Source of the DNA: Selaginella moellendorffii
Taxonomy: Eukaryota; Plantae; Lycopodiophyta
NCBI RefSeq assembly: GCF_000143415.4
Contig: NW_003314288.1
Location: forward strand, 357,838-421,837
DNA: 64,000 bases
Reading direction: 5' to 3'
Part shown: in pieces, positions 62,101-64,000 of the stretch
How the letters are laid out: every line of letters starts with the position of its first letter
How positions within the stretch are numbered: the stretch's first letter is position 1
The notes under the pieces: model-generated
Told to the model about the DNA's origin: nothing
Database searches by the model: none
What the model saw: the letters and a program-made list of their open reading frames with translations, nothing else
Position numbers and translations under genes: made by a program

Positions 62101-62685
62101 CAAAAAAATGACTAACCAAGCTAGAACAACTTATTGCTAGCTGAGATCCTTTGTCTATCTCGTTTTGAAGCTTTGGAATGCTCAAGGAGTCTTTTCTAAC
62201 TCAGCAAAGATGTTGCTTCATATGATGGCCGAGGCTAACTATTATCAAACAGTTCTGTTGATAGAGTTATGCAATCTCATGTGTGAGGCACTACTTTGAT
62301 GATGTCCTACGACTAAGGAGGAACATGAGATGCATGTGAGGCAAATGCTACCGCTATTGAGGGAGAACAAGNNNNNNNNNNNNNNNNNNNNNNNNNNNNN
62401 NNNNNNNNNNNNNNNNNNNNNNNNNNNNNNNNNNNNNNNNNNNNNNNNNNNNNNNNNNNNNNNNNNNNNNNNNNNNNNNNNNNNNNNNNNNNNNNNNNNN
62501 NNNNNNNNNNNNNNNNNNNNNNNNNNNNNNNNNNNNNNNNNNNNNNNNNNNNNNNNNNNNNNNNNNNNNNNNNNNNNNNNNNNNNNNNNNNNNNNNNNNN
62601 NNNNNNNNNNNNNNNNNNNNNNNNNNNNNNNNNNNNNNNNNNNNNNNNNNNNNNNNNNNNNNNNNNNNNNNNNNNNNNNNNNNNN

Positions 62686-64000
62686 CGAGATGGTGTGTGG
62701 AAAGATCCTCAAAAGACTCAGATAGTCATTGACTAGCTTGTTCCCCCTACTGTGCATGGGTTTCCTTGGTATGGTGGGAGTCTTTTGCCGGTTTGTGAAG
62801 GACTTCTCCTTGATTGCTACTCCTTTGATGGATATTCTTCGAAACACCACCAAGCATGCTTAGTTGGTGTGGGGTGAAAGCGTCAAGAAGCATTTGAGCG
62901 GTTAAAGCAATCATGTATATTCTACAGATATTTGCTTCACAAGTGGCTTATCACGAGCAAATATCTATAGAATATACATGATTGCATATATTCCATAGCT
63001 CACACTATGGAGTCTATGTGTTCAGAGGGTATGGCTCATGAGTCCTTTTCTCTTTCTGATCCTAGTGAGGCCATGGGTGTCAATGTGGACCAAGGAGAGA
63101 ATGTATGGAGTCTATGTGTTCAGAGGGTATGGCTCATGAGTCCTTTTCTCTTTCTGATCCTAGTGAGGCCATGGGTGTCAATGTGGACCAAGGAGAGAAT
63201 GTATCTACTCGTGTTCTAGCTGACACTGCTGTCACTAAGCTTTCTGAAGGAGTGAAGAAGAATTGTATCAACTCATCTAAGCTGTACAGTTGTTTGTGCA
63301 ATGAGTTGTGCATAGCCAAGTGCTCAGTGTCCTCCTTGACTCTGGTGCTACGCATACTTTCATTAACAAGGCTAGTGATGAGGGTATAGGAGCTGTCTTG
63401 GTGCAAGACTGCTGTCCTATTGCCTACATAAGCCACAAGTTTGACACAACTTAGCTGAATTGCCACTCGGGATAGGAAGTTGTATGTTGTAGTTGTTGCA
63501 ATCAAAGAGTGGAGCATTATCTATATGGTTTGGATTTTTCATGTGGATAACTTTACCACTTGTCACTCTTTTTACTCACCAGATGGAGCTTCGAGGCCAG
63601 CTAGCTCATTGACTAGAGTTTTTGCAGGAAATGGATGTGCAGATTCCAAACCACCAGAGTTTAGCTATGGGGTTTAAGGTGATGAAAACCAGGGATTCCC
63701 GAGTAAAAGTCAAAGGGTAATTTTTACCACAGATTACTCGTGAATTCGGAAGATGATTTTTAAAGCAAAGTTGCTAGGTTTTCTAACTACAAATTTTCTT
63801 TAAGACAATTTTCCTGTTTCTAAAGGGAGTAGATGGTAAAGGTAGTTGTTTCTCCATTGTCTAGGATGGTGAACTCTATTTTGTTTGGGAAGCTCTCCAA
63901 TGGTTTGCTAGATGAAATTAAGGAGCTTGCTGACTTTGACTCCTTTGTAGTGAAGGCCATGTGTAGTTGTTTTGAAGTGGGACGCCTCTTCCAATGCAAG
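62686..64000 (+). mobile_element. Strongly decayed gypsy RT-RNase H remnant with a 98-bp tandem duplication (63006-63203)
   Basis: GMVGVFCRFVKDFSLIATPL; ELYVVV-like RNase H stretch near 63480; exact 98-bp duplication. Confidence 0.6.

Overview
Eukaryotic land-plant nuclear DNA, mostly transposon-derived, with four assembly gaps. The 46-57 bp introns and the PPR motif style suggest a lycophyte such as Selaginella (inference). Only one clearly intact gene is present: an intronless 1029-aa PLS-class PPR-DYW protein (13484-16573). It carries an N-terminal PDF motif, the ssDNA-binding motif of organellar OSB proteins, and its PPR array is made of near-identical 333-bp repeats that differ at base-specifying residues. 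Other genic pieces are a 5'-truncated SEC16 homolog, an interrupted alpha-L-fucosidase fragment and two PPR pseudogenes in a ~2-kb inverted duplication. Mobile DNA includes a complete chromodomain Ty3/gypsy element (33403-40943, TSD CCTCC) whose integrase is split by two short GT-AG introns, and a related non-autonomous LTR element (1-7182). Also present are a Cassandra-like TRIM with 5S rRNA sequence in its LTRs (43534-44081), a complete hAT element with an 8-bp TSD (49732-52269), a LINE remnant and several decayed gypsy remnants. All calls come from reading the sequence by eye; no searches were run.
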